Positions 49,964 to 58,700 of a stretch of 64,000 bases of DNA are shown piece after piece. The notes below the pieces were generated by a model. That model was not told the origin of the DNA, did not search any database, and saw only the letters and a list, made by a program, of their open reading frames with translations. Origin of the DNA: an uncultured Luteolibacter sp. Lineage in GTDB: Bacteria; Verrucomicrobiota; Verrucomicrobiia; Verrucomicrobiales; Akkermansiaceae. Location of the stretch: positions 26,984 through 90,983 of the forward strand of contig CAYWLC010000001.1 in assembly GCA_964458895.1 (NCBI GenBank), read 5' to 3'. The translations under genes and the position numbers were made by a program. How positions within the stretch are numbered: position 1 is the stretch's first letter; every line of letters begins with the position of its first letter.

Positions 49964-50917
49964 ATGACTATCGAATCTAAAGACAATCAATTTTTGTGGG
50001 TAGAAAAATACCGCCCGCAATCCATCAGTGAATGTATTCTTCCTGAATCCATTAAAACTACATTCAATAATTATATTAAGCAAGGTGAATTACCCACACT
50101 TTTATTAACTGGTTCTGCCGGTGTAGGTAAAACTACTATAGCAAAAGCCCTTTGTAATGAAGTGGGTGCAGACTATATAATGATCAATGGTTCTGATGAA
50201 GGTCGTAAAATTGATACCCTTAGAACTACTGTAAAAGAATTTGCCTCATCTGTATCACTAACTGATGCAAAGAAGGTTATCATTATTGATGAAGCAGATT
50301 ATATGAATGCAGATTCAGTTCAACCTGCCTTAAGATCTTTCATTGAGGAGTTTAGCAATAACTGCCGGTTTATATTTACTTGTAATTTTAAAAATCGTAT
50401 TATAGATCCATTGCATTCACGATGTGCTATTATAGATTTTAAAATAGATCCTAAAGATAAACAAGAAATGGCTGCATTGTTTTTCAAACGTGCTACCCGT
50501 ATATTGAAGCAAGAAAATATAGAGTTTGATCCAAAAGTGGTTGCTGAATTAGTAACAAAACATTTTCCAGATTATAGAAGGATATTAAATGAATTGCAAA
50601 GATATTCTGTTGCGGGTAAAATTGACTCTGGAATTTTTGTCAATGTATCTGCAGACTCTTATAAAGAATTAATTAAAGATCTTAAAGAAAAAGATTTTAC
50701 GTCTGTACGTAAATGGGTTGCTAGTGCAGATGCGGATGCTTCATCATTATTCAGACATTTATATGATAATGCATTAAATGTTTTAGATCCATCAAGTATT
50801 CCGCAATTAATTATTATTATCGGTGACTATCAATATAAGAGTGCCTTTGTAGCAGATCAAGAGATAAATACAATGTCAGCAATGGTTGAAATAATGTCTT
50901 CTTGTAAATTTAAATAG
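49964..50917 (+). CDS. gp44: Clamp loader large subunit gp44
   Basis: LWVEKYRP, GSAGVGKTT, IIDEAD, PLHSRC. Confidence 0.96.
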   Translation: MTIESKDNQFLWVEKYRPQSISECILPESIKTTFNNYIKQGELPTLLLTGSAGVGKTTIAKALCNEVGADYIMINGSDEGRKIDTLRTTVKEFASSVSLTDAKKVIIIDEADYMNADSVQPALRSFIEEFSNNCRFIFTCNFKNRIIDPLHSRCAIIDFKIDPKDKQEMAALFFKRATRILKQENIEFDPKVVAELVTKHFPDYRRILNELQRYSVAGKIDSGIFVNVSADSYKELIKDLKEKDFTSVRKWVASADADASSLFRHLYDNALNVLDPSSIPQLIIIIGDYQYKSAFVADQEINTMSAMVEIMSSCKFK

Positions 50918-50925
50918 GTATTAAT

Positions 50926-51261
50926 ATGGAAATGGATTATCTAACTTTAATATTAGTACTATTGAATGGAGGAATAGGATATTGGTATGGAGTTCGTAGA
51001 ACTATAAGTAAATTCCAAAATGGAGAGTTATATATAGAATATGATGAAGATGAATATATAGATGAAGATAATCAAATAATAGTAAATGATATATTGGCAT
51101 ACTTAGAAGTACATGACAATATTATTTATATGTATAAATTAAAAGATAATACATATCTTTCACATGGAACTTCTATAGAATCTTTACAAGATAAATTGTT
51201 AGATAGATTTCCAAATAAAACTTTTGCTATTGCATTAGATGATGAAGAAGGAATTTTATAA
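50926..51261 (+). CDS. Hypothetical protein with N-terminal hydrophobic segment
   Basis: 111-aa ORF inserted between gp44 and gp62. Confidence 0.55.
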   Translation: MEMDYLTLILVLLNGGIGYWYGVRRTISKFQNGELYIEYDEDEYIDEDNQIIVNDILAYLEVHDNIIYMYKLKDNTYLSHGTSIESLQDKLLDRFPNKTFAIALDDEEGIL

Positions 51262-51638
51262 TGAATCCATTTGATTTTATTACTGCCATTACACAAACTA
51301 AAGAAAATCTGTTTGTTGATCCGCAGGCATATAAAGATTATAATTCATTTATGGTGAATAGAGGATTATCCCAGCATTCAGATACTATTTTATATGCTAA
51401 TGAGATGAATAAATTTTATAATTTAGATAATGATATGCAATTTAAATATTTAATAAATACAATAGCTAAGAAGAAACGATTTGGTAAATGGGCAAAGAAA
51501 GATAAAGACTCTAAATCATTTTTATTAGTTAAAGAATATTTTAAATATTCTGATGAGAAGGCAAGACAAGTATTGGATATCCTAACCAATGATCAACTTG
51601 CTATTATTGAAAAGAAATTGTATAAAGGCGGGTATTAA
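51261..51638 (+). CDS. gp62: Clamp loader small subunit gp62
   Basis: Y..FMVNRGLS...D..L.ANEMN, KKRFGKWAK, KGG end. Confidence 0.92.
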   Translation: MNPFDFITAITQTKENLFVDPQAYKDYNSFMVNRGLSQHSDTILYANEMNKFYNLDNDMQFKYLINTIAKKKRFGKWAKKDKDSKSFLLVKEYFKYSDEKARQVLDILTNDQLAIIEKKLYKGGY

Positions 51639-51639
51639 A

Positions 51640-52050
51640 ATGGATATTTTTTATGACTGGGACTATAACAGTATGCTTGAGGTGACGTTACCTGACCCTG
51701 ATGCATTTTTGAAAGTATGTGAAACTTTAACTAGGATTGGTATTGCTTCTAAAAAAGACAATACGCTATATCAATCTTGCCATATATTGCATAAGCAAGG
51801 CAAATATTTTATCGTCCATTTCAAAGAGTTGTTTGCATTGGATGGTAAAGAATCCAATATCACTAATAATGATATTGAGAGAAGAAATGCTATAGCTAGT
51901 TTGCTGGGTGACTGGGGATTATTAACTATAGTAACTGCTGCGCAAGCAGAAAATAAAGCGTCATTATCCCAGATTAAGATTGTCTCTTATAAAGACAAAA
52001 AGAACTGGACTTTAACATCAAAATATACTATTGGAAACAAGAGAAAATAA
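51640..52050 (+). CDS. regA: Translational repressor RegA
   Basis: FLKV.ETLTRIGIAS, LYQSCHILHKQG.Y.IVHFKELF; start at ATG 51640. Confidence 0.96.
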   Translation: MDIFYDWDYNSMLEVTLPDPDAFLKVCETLTRIGIASKKDNTLYQSCHILHKQGKYFIVHFKELFALDGKESNITNNDIERRNAIASLLGDWGLLTIVTAAQAENKASLSQIKIVSYKDKKNWTLTSKYTIGNKRK

Positions 52051-52052
52051 AT

Positions 52053-52268
52053 ATGAACGAAGAACAAAAATTGAAAATTGAAGAAAGTTTTATTGATTTA
52101 AAACTAAATGTACGTGGTGTTAATACAATTTTAGCATCATTAGCAAAACAATCTTATGAAGTTGTTGCAGAATTGATCAATGAAATTAGATCTCAAGGAA
52201 CTTCTCAAGTTGGAGAAATTGAAAAAGCCATATTGGCTGAAATTCCTGAAGTTAGCAACGAAGAATAA
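52053..52268 (+). CDS. Hypothetical protein
   Basis: 71-aa ORF; VN.IL..L....Y..V..LI..I..QG. Confidence 0.6.
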   Translation: MNEEQKLKIEESFIDLKLNVRGVNTILASLAKQSYEVVAELINEIRSQGTSQVGEIEKAILAEIPEVSNEE

Positions 52269-52289
52269 AAGAACACTCCTTCTCCCGAG

Positions 52290-52402
52290 GTAGGTAGTCT
52301 TTATCACTATAGACTTTAAATAATAGTGCGTGAAGGACCAGGATGTCCGCCGATCGATACCCACGTAAGAGGTATTCCAGATTCGTAACTGGAACCCCAC
52401 CA
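52290..52402 (+). ncRNA. Candidate structured RNA upstream of hsp20 (pseudoknot plus three hairpins)
   Basis: GC-enriched intergenic region; pairings AGTCT/AGACT, CACTAT/ATAGTG, GGAC/GTCC, GATACC/GGTATT, CCAG/CTGG. Confidence 0.45.
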
Positions 52403-52457
52403 TTCTATGCCGTAAGGATAGAAATATTAATTAATCTCGCAGAAATGGAGACGCAAC
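52403..52457 (+). promoter_or_regulatory. ROSE-like RNA thermometer in the hsp20 5' UTR
   Basis: TCTC(G)CA-GAAA-TGGAGA sequesters the SD with a bulged G; a preceding GTAA-tetraloop hairpin. Confidence 0.6.
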
Positions 52458-52922
52458 ATGAATACAACCGCACATATGGCTTTTGGCTCACATCTAAATC
52501 AATTCGTAGGTCTTGAGAGACTATTGAAAGATATGGAAATGTCAACAAGCGATTATCAATTATCAACTAAGTATCCTCCCCATAATATCATTAAATACAA
52601 TGACAATGAATATGTTGTTGAATTAGCAGTAGCTGGTTTTTCTAGGGAAGAATTGGAAATTACTGTTGAGGACTGCGTTCTTATTATGACTGGTACTAAA
52701 GGCGAATTTGATAATGAAATTGAATATCTTCATAAAGGTATTAGTGCAAAATCATTTAGGAAAACAATAAAACTAGCCGAAACTGTAATTGTAAAAGATG
52801 CAGAATTCATTGATGGTATTTTATCTGTTTACCTTGAAAATATTATTCCCGAACATAGGAAGCCCAAAAAGATTCTTATTGGTGACGGAAAGCAAGATGT
52901 TGAGATGTTTTTGACTGAATAA
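52458..52922 (+). CDS. hsp20: Small heat-shock protein (IbpA/Hsp20)
   Basis: YPPHNI, ELAVAGF, YLHKGIS..F, DGIL...L....PE. Confidence 0.93.
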   Translation: MNTTAHMAFGSHLNQFVGLERLLKDMEMSTSDYQLSTKYPPHNIIKYNDNEYVVELAVAGFSREELEITVEDCVLIMTGTKGEFDNEIEYLHKGISAKSFRKTIKLAETVIVKDAEFIDGILSVYLENIIPEHRKPKKILIGDGKQDVEMFLTE

Positions 52923-52933
52923 ATTATAACAAC

Positions 52934-53015
52934 GCCTCCCACGCCTCTCTACGCCCATAATAGAAGCATCTTAGGATGACAAGGGACGTGAAGCGCACCA
53001 TGGGAGGTTTTTTTT
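52934..53015. ncRNA. Long structured hairpin with U-tract (terminator and/or abiF-like RNA)
   Basis: GCCTCCCA/TGGGAGGT closing stem; inner CGC/GCG, ACG/CGT, CCC/GGG, CATC/GATG; T8 tail. Confidence 0.5.
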
Positions 53016-53033
53016 AATATAGCGAGAAATATA

Positions 53034-53327
53034 ATGAGTGATATAAGAGTTTTTAAATCCCAAATCGGGGAAGATATGATTGGTGAAGTAGTTGATGTTA
53101 CTAATATATGGTATGATATCAAAAATCCCGCAAATATTGTCCTTCAAGAAACAGAATCAGGTGTAAGAGTTGCTATCGCCCCTGTAATGCCGTTTGCAAA
53201 AGGCAATATCAAAGTATATTTTCATTCAATAGCTATTGAAGCAGATCCTGCAGAAGCACTTGTAACTGAATATAAACGAGTATTTAGTCCAATTGTAGTT
53301 CCAACTTCAAAAATAATTTTAAAGTAA
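53034..53327 (+). CDS. Conserved hypothetical protein (Sm-like) following hsp20
   Basis: GED.I..V, NP..I, P.MPF, Y...FS.IVVP. Confidence 0.65.
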   Translation: MSDIRVFKSQIGEDMIGEVVDVTNIWYDIKNPANIVLQETESGVRVAIAPVMPFAKGNIKVYFHSIAIEADPAEALVTEYKRVFSPIVVPTSKIILK

Positions 53328-53333
53328 TTAACA

Positions 53334-53606
53334 ATGAATACTAATAATTTAAGCAATCAAAAGTTACTTGAAGATTCTGTTAAATTTGTAAACATACGAC
53401 TTCAAGGTTGGGTCGCAAGCAAAGTATATGCTGAAGGTAAAATTATATACTCAAGACTTAATAAAGATTCTGTTGCTATTATAGGTGTTACAGTATTGGA
53501 AAAAATTGAATTTGATGTTTATGAGAAACACTTAGAATTTAGTGTGATGAATGATAAATTAATTCCAATGATACCTTTAAGAGCATTATGCGACGTAATA
53601 GGGTAA
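53334..53606 (+). CDS. Hypothetical protein
   Basis: 90-aa ORF in operon orientation. Confidence 0.5.
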   Translation: MNTNNLSNQKLLEDSVKFVNIRLQGWVASKVYAEGKIIYSRLNKDSVAIIGVTVLEKIEFDVYEKHLEFSVMNDKLIPMIPLRALCDVIG

Positions 53607-53776
53607 AAATATCTCTCACAGATTTTAATGAAATAGTTCGGGATTCTGAAAAACCGATTTATATTCAATGTGGATTTAATAGATTTGCTATAGGTATAAT
53701 TAGTGAAGAAGAAGATTGTATATTATTAGTAATAGAAGAAGACGCAAATAACCCGTGTAAAGGAGAAAATAAATGA
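53588..53776 (+). CDS. Hypothetical protein
   Basis: 62-aa ORF overlapping both neighbours; start uncertain. Confidence 0.4.
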   Translation: MRRNRVKISLTDFNEIVRDSEKPIYIQCGFNRFAIGIISEEEDCILLVIEEDANNPCKGENK

Positions 53777-54549
53777 TAAAATTAGATCAACTGAAGAAGA
53801 TTTGCCCGAACAATAAACAACCTGAAGCATTACTCGAGGTTCTTAATAAAGTTCTACCGTTATATGAAATTAATACCAGAAAACGAGTTGCTGCTTTCTT
53901 GGCACAATGTGGACACGAATCTGCTCAGTTTACTGCCTTGAAAGAAAACTTGAATTATTCTGCCGATGGTCTTTGTAAAGTTTGGCCAAAGAGATTTATC
54001 TCTGTTGCAATGGCTGCTCCTTATAATCGTAATCCAGAAAAGATTGCTAATAAAGTTTATGCTGATAGAATGGGTAATGGTTCAGAAGCATCAGGCGAAG
54101 GATTCAAATTCCGAGGTCGTGGATGTATTCAATTAACTGGTAAAGATAATTATTCAAAGTTTGCAAAGTCTATTGGTAAAACATTAGATGAAACAGTTGC
54201 GTATTGTGAAACATTAGAAGGTGCTATTTGTTCAGGTGCGTTCTTCTGGCAAACTAATAAACTAAATCAATATTGTGATTCTAGTGAGTTTACTACATTA
54301 ACCAAAAGAATTAATGGTGGTACTATTGGTTTGAAAGACAGACAACATCATTATGATATCGCATTGAGTGCTATTGATGAAGATGTATTTTCTAAACCAG
54401 TTCCTGTTGCTATTGTAGCACCTGCTGTAGCTGCTGCTATCATTGCTCCTATTGTATTAGTAGAAGTTGCAATTCCTGATGAACAAGCAGTAGAGAAAGA
54501 CGATGACTTTCTGGATTCTGTTTCTAAATTCTTCACGGATTTGTTTTAG
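53773..54549 (+). CDS. GH19 (chitinase-like) endolysin with hydrophobic C-terminal tail
   Basis: AAFLAQCGHES, ENLNYS, FRGRGCIQLTG..NY, TKRINGG..GL.DR. Confidence 0.9.
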   Translation: MIKLDQLKKICPNNKQPEALLEVLNKVLPLYEINTRKRVAAFLAQCGHESAQFTALKENLNYSADGLCKVWPKRFISVAMAAPYNRNPEKIANKVYADRMGNGSEASGEGFKFRGRGCIQLTGKDNYSKFAKSIGKTLDETVAYCETLEGAICSGAFFWQTNKLNQYCDSSEFTTLTKRINGGTIGLKDRQHHYDIALSAIDEDVFSKPVPVAIVAPAVAAAIIAPIVLVEVAIPDEQAVEKDDDFLDSVSKFFTDLF

Positions 54550-54557
54550 GATATAAT

Positions 54558-55316
54558 ATGAATAAATTTTTATTATTACTATTGTTATCTAGTAATGTAT
54601 TTGCCAATGGCATTGATGATAAATGCCCTAAAATAGTTATTTGGGGTGCTCCTCAGATAACTAAAGAAGGCAATAATCAATACATATGTAAATCTGATTA
54701 TGCTATAAATTATGATTATAAGACTAAAGTAGCTTATTTTGTAGTTGAACATATTACTAAAGATGAAATTGCAGTTAAATCTGCTTCTAGAAAAGATGAT
54801 TTTCGGGAAGATACGGAAGTTCCTGTTGAATATCGAGTAACTTTAAAAGATTATACAGGTTCCGGTTTGGATAGAGGACATATGGCTCCGGCAGCAGACT
54901 TTGTATCTAACTCTAAGTTAATGTCCGAATCTTTTTTCTTATCTAATATGATGCCTCAAGCACCAGGAAATAATCGAGGTATTTGGAAGTCAACAGAAGA
55001 ACGTGTTAGAGCTTGGGCAACTAAATCAGATGTATATGCAATAACAGGTACTCACTTTGATAAAGGTTATAAAACAATGGGTAATAAGGTAGGTATTCCT
55101 ACTCATGTTTATAAGATTGTTATTCAACCAGCAAATAAACGTATGATTGCTTTTTGGTATCCAAATGAAAAATTAGATCCAAAGCAAATTGCAAAATATG
55201 TGGTATCAGTTAAGGACATAGAGGCTAAAACTGGTATTGATTTTTCACCTAGAATTCCTAAAGATTTAAAACCTTTGGAAACTATTGTCGCAAATTACGA
55301 AGATTGGAATAAATGA
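54558..55316 (+). CDS. Secreted DNA/RNA non-specific endonuclease (NucA/EndA-like)
   Basis: Signal peptide MNKFLLLLLLSSNVFA; DRGHMAPAAD, SNMMPQ..NNRGIW..EE. Confidence 0.9.
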   Translation: MNKFLLLLLLSSNVFANGIDDKCPKIVIWGAPQITKEGNNQYICKSDYAINYDYKTKVAYFVVEHITKDEIAVKSASRKDDFREDTEVPVEYRVTLKDYTGSGLDRGHMAPAADFVSNSKLMSESFFLSNMMPQAPGNNRGIWKSTEERVRAWATKSDVYAITGTHFDKGYKTMGNKVGIPTHVYKIVIQPANKRMIAFWYPNEKLDPKQIAKYVVSVKDIEAKTGIDFSPRIPKDLKPLETIVANYEDWNK

Positions 55317-55714
55317 AAAGATTAATATTGATTGTTTTATTTGCAACCTTATCTGGTTGTGCTATGCTTGATGCTTATAATATGGCTGGATTTGATGCTA
55401 ATGAATATCAACTAGCAACAAAAGTTAGGTCTAAGGCAGAAATATCTAAAACAGATTGTCCTGATGTAGCATTAACTAGACGCAATGTTAGTAGTATCTT
55501 AAGTGTTGCAACTGAGTTCAAGAATTATACTGCTAGTATTCCCCATAATGAAGAAGCAACTGATATGTCTAAGAATCTTTTACTTGAAGTTCAAGGATTA
55601 TCAGATAGATATAAAACTACCACACCATCCGTGCCATATTGTTTTACTAAGATGAATATCATTGAACGATCTGCTAAAACTATTCAAACTGTATTAGGAA
55701 CTAAGCCACGATGA
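55313..55714 (+). CDS. Lipoprotein
   Basis: Lipobox LSGC after a hydrophobic stretch. Confidence 0.7.
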   Translation: MKRLILIVLFATLSGCAMLDAYNMAGFDANEYQLATKVRSKAEISKTDCPDVALTRRNVSSILSVATEFKNYTASIPHNEEATDMSKNLLLEVQGLSDRYKTTTPSVPYCFTKMNIIERSAKTIQTVLGTKPR

Positions 55715-55980
55715 AAATTAATGAAGTCTTAAACCAGTTAAATGGTTATGATGCTAAAGAAAATGAAGAACTGGAAAATATTGCTGCAACGGTACTTGAC
55801 TTAACTAAGATGTATGAAGAAAAAAGTATATCTGATTCTGAATACAAAGAACTGTTATCTGATTTACAATTGGAAAAGTCTATTACAATGGATGCATCTG
55901 ATTTAAACGCTAAAGCACAATTGAAGTTCATTATTGATACCGCAATTACTATTGCAGCTACGGCTGCCAAGGCAATCTGA
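55711..55980 (+). CDS. Hypothetical protein
   Basis: 89-aa ORF with ATGA overlap. Confidence 0.6.
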   Translation: MKINEVLNQLNGYDAKENEELENIAATVLDLTKMYEEKSISDSEYKELLSDLQLEKSITMDASDLNAKAQLKFIIDTAITIAATAAKAI

Positions 55981-56312
55981 TGAAGAAACTACTATTATTA
56001 TCTATACTATTTTTTTCAACGCCTATAATTGCTACTGGGGATACATATGTAAACCCTGCAATATGTCCTGAATGTGATATTCAACTTAAATATGAAGTTA
56101 AAATATTCAATAAACATATTGGAGAAACATCATTATTAAATTCTAAAATAATTATTGATGGGTTTGCTCCAATGCCGTGTAATTTTATACAGAAATGTAA
56201 AAAACCAATATACAAACAACAACTTGCCACATCTTTGAAAGTATTAAAAAAAGATATTGCTGTGCTTGAAGCGATAATGTCGGATGACCCTTTAATACCA
56301 TTGCGTAACTAA
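55980..56312 (+). CDS. Secreted Cys-containing hypothetical protein
   Basis: Signal peptide MKKLLLLSILFFSTPIIA; CPEC and CNFIQKC. Confidence 0.55.
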   Translation: MKKLLLLSILFFSTPIIATGDTYVNPAICPECDIQLKYEVKIFNKHIGETSLLNSKIIIDGFAPMPCNFIQKCKKPIYKQQLATSLKVLKKDIAVLEAIMSDDPLIPLRN

Positions 56313-56313
56313 T

Positions 56314-58362
56314 ATGAAGAAACTACTTTTATCCCCTTGGCTTTCCTTAGTAACATTAGGTTTAATTATAGGGTTAAGAGTAGTTGACCCAACATTTGTA
56401 GAGAGTATTCGCCTTCGGTATTTTGATACTCTCCTTACACAAGATATTCAACAATCAGATATAAAAATAGTAAATATAGATGATGCATCCCTAAAAGAAA
56501 AAGGTCAATTCCCATTCCCTCGGAACGAATATGCTAATCTTATTAAGGATTTGTATATCCGTAATGCTGGTCTGGTGGTTTTTAATCTCTTTATGCCTGA
56601 AACTGATAGATTTGGTCAAGATGATGCCTTAACACAAGTTCTTCAGGAATATCCAGTTGTTCTACCTCAAACTGGTACTAATGAATCATTTACTGAAACT
56701 TATAAACCATTTAGACCAGGAGTTTCTGTTATAGGTACTGGTGATGTAGGAGTAAAATATGAAAACATACTTCCAAATATACAAGTCTTCAATGATAATT
56801 CTGCTGGTATTGGTGTTGTTAATACACTCCCAGAAATTGATGGCGTTACCAGACGAATCCCAATGGTGGTCAGTTCCAAAGGATTATTGTATCCGAGTAT
56901 CAGTCTCGAAACCTTGCGTGTTGCATCAGGAGATCCATCATTCCAAGTTAAAGTCAACAATGGATCAATCGAAGCAGTCAGAATACCAAAGTTCGGAAGA
57001 ATCAATACAGACTCCCTCGGTCGCATTTGGATTAAACCAAATACCATTAGTGAATATTCATCAAGCAAACTCCCAGAGTCCTTTGGTTCCGCAATCGTCA
57101 TTGTTGGACTCACTGGAAGAGGGCTCAACAACCCCGTTGCAACTTCTGCTGGATCAGTCTTTCCACATCACGTTCAAGCAGCAATTTTAGATACACTTAC
57201 AAAAGGTATAAATATCTCAAGACCCGATTGGGCAACTGGTGCAGAGTTACTTACTGTATTGGTATTAAGTATCATATCAATTTTAATAGCAAGGTGGAAA
57301 TATGGAATTCTTATATTTTGCGGCATCATTATCTCTCTTTATCCTATTTCTAATTATCTATATACCAACCTATATTATCTTTTCGATATTACATTACCTG
57401 TATTTGCAATTGTCACAGTTTATGGTCACACTTATACGGTCAAATTCTTAACAGAATTAGGTCAGAAACTCCAAATCAAAAAACAATTCGGTTCTTATGT
57501 TTCACCTATTATGGTAGAGAAACTTCAGAAGAATCCAGAATTGATTAAACTTGGTGGTGAACGTAAAGAACTTTCTATTGTTATGACTGACCTTCGGGGA
57601 TTTACTACTCTAGGTGAATCTTATGGTGATGATGTAGAAGGTCTGACTGCCATTATGAACGATTATATGACTGCTATATCAGAACCAGTATTAAAGAATG
57701 ATGGGTGTCTTATCAAGTTTATTGGTGATGCTAGTCTTCACGTTCACGGTGCTCCTTTAGATGATATCAATCACGCAAAGAATGCTGTTAAAACTGCATT
57801 AGAAATGATTGCTTCTGTTGATGGATTCAATGAAACTTTAGTAGCTCAATGTAAACCAATTATAGGTATGGGAGCAGGCGTTAATACTGGTCAAACTCTT
57901 ATAGGTAACATTGGTTCAAAGACTAGATTTGGATATGATGTATTGGGTGACTCAGTATCAACTGCTGCTAGATTGGAAGGTCAAACTAAATCGTATGGTG
58001 TATTATTAATCATTGGACCTGAAACTGCTAAACTTGTCAAAGATGATTACTTTGTTATTAAGTTGGATAACATTGCTGTAAAAGGAAAGACAGTTGGATT
58101 AGACATCTATACAGTATTACAACCAGATAGATACAATAGATTAGAGTTTGCTAACTCTAGAACACTACATAATAAGATGTTAAAGCATTATAAGAAACAA
58201 GAATGGGCATATGCCAGTACACATTGTATGGATTTGAAAGGTTCATTTGATGGTGAATTAGATTACTACTATAATATGATGAGAAAACGAATAGATGAAT
58301 ATATGAATGATGAGTCTTTCCCCAAGAACTGGAAGGGAACTTTTGTTGCAACAAGCAAGTAG
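56314..58362 (+). CDS. CHASE2-domain membrane class III adenylyl cyclase
   Basis: IVNIDD.SL...GQFPFPR and DGVTRR (CHASE2); TM helices; TDLRGFT, KFIGDA, GVNTG, YDVLGDSVSTAARLEG. Confidence 0.92.
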   Translation: MKKLLLSPWLSLVTLGLIIGLRVVDPTFVESIRLRYFDTLLTQDIQQSDIKIVNIDDASLKEKGQFPFPRNEYANLIKDLYIRNAGLVVFNLFMPETDRFGQDDALTQVLQEYPVVLPQTGTNESFTETYKPFRPGVSVIGTGDVGVKYENILPNIQVFNDNSAGIGVVNTLPEIDGVTRRIPMVVSSKGLLYPSISLETLRVASGDPSFQVKVNNGSIEAVRIPKFGRINTDSLGRIWIKPNTISEYSSSKLPESFGSAIVIVGLTGRGLNNPVATSAGSVFPHHVQAAILDTLTKGINISRPDWATGAELLTVLVLSIISILIARWKYGILIFCGIIISLYPISNYLYTNLYYLFDITLPVFAIVTVYGHTYTVKFLTELGQKLQIKKQFGSYVSPIMVEKLQKNPELIKLGGERKELSIVMTDLRGFTTLGESYGDDVEGLTAIMNDYMTAISEPVLKNDGCLIKFIGDASLHVHGAPLDDINHAKNAVKTALEMIASVDGFNETLVAQCKPIIGMGAGVNTGQTLIGNIGSKTRFGYDVLGDSVSTAARLEGQTKSYGVLLIIGPETAKLVKDDYFVIKLDNIAVKGKTVGLDIYTVLQPDRYNRLEFANSRTLHNKMLKHYKKQEWAYASTHCMDLKGSFDGELDYYYNMMRKRIDEYMNDESFPKNWKGTFVATSK

Positions 58363-58368
58363 GATATT

Positions 58369-58554
58369 ATGAAAAAAGTGTTTGGAAGAATTGTGAGTGA
58401 GATATTATATCTACTTGGTGATTGGGTTAGTTATCCAATGGCTTATCTTGATTGGGGTTGGTTATATCCAACTTATAGCAAATTGATGGGTTGGAGTGGT
58501 GATGTTCAAGATTGGGCAGGTAACGATAAACCTTGGACTAAATTAAGAGAATAA
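58369..58554 (+). CDS. Hypothetical Trp-rich protein
   Basis: 61-aa ORF with AGGA RBS. Confidence 0.6.
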   Translation: MKKVFGRIVSEILYLLGDWVSYPMAYLDWGWLYPTYSKLMGWSGDVQDWAGNDKPWTKLRE

Positions 58555-58700
58555 TGGAAGCTCAGTTCGATTTAGAAAGAATGAAAGAATCTATAGAATG
58601 CACATTCTATACCATGCCAGGAGGTCTGACATTTGAAGAATTCTTAGACTTTATGTATAAATTAGGAGAAGAAGATGAAGTGGAAAACCCCGACTTATAA
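58554..58700 (+). CDS. Small acidic hypothetical protein, 48 aa (not in ORF track)
   Basis: TAATG coupling; MEAQFDLERMKESIECTFYTMPGGLTFEEFLDFMYKLGEEDEVENPDL. Confidence 0.55.
   Translation: MEAQFDLERMKESIECTFYTMPGGLTFEEFLDFMYKLGEEDEVENPDL

Noticed and set aside
51589-51639. Extended RegA N-terminus from the ORF track
   Set aside because: It overlaps gp62; ATG 51640 right after the gp62 stop gives a typical RegA length
52296-52350. Pistol-ribozyme-like start (hairpin with pseudoknot loop followed by TTAAATA)
   Set aside because: There is no P2 strand between the AAAUA linker and the pseudoknot strand, so the fold is incomplete
52330-52403. tRNA-like appearance (TTCG loop hairpin followed by CCACCA)
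   Set aside because: No 7-bp acceptor stem, D arm or canonical T-loop could be built; kept only as a candidate ncRNA
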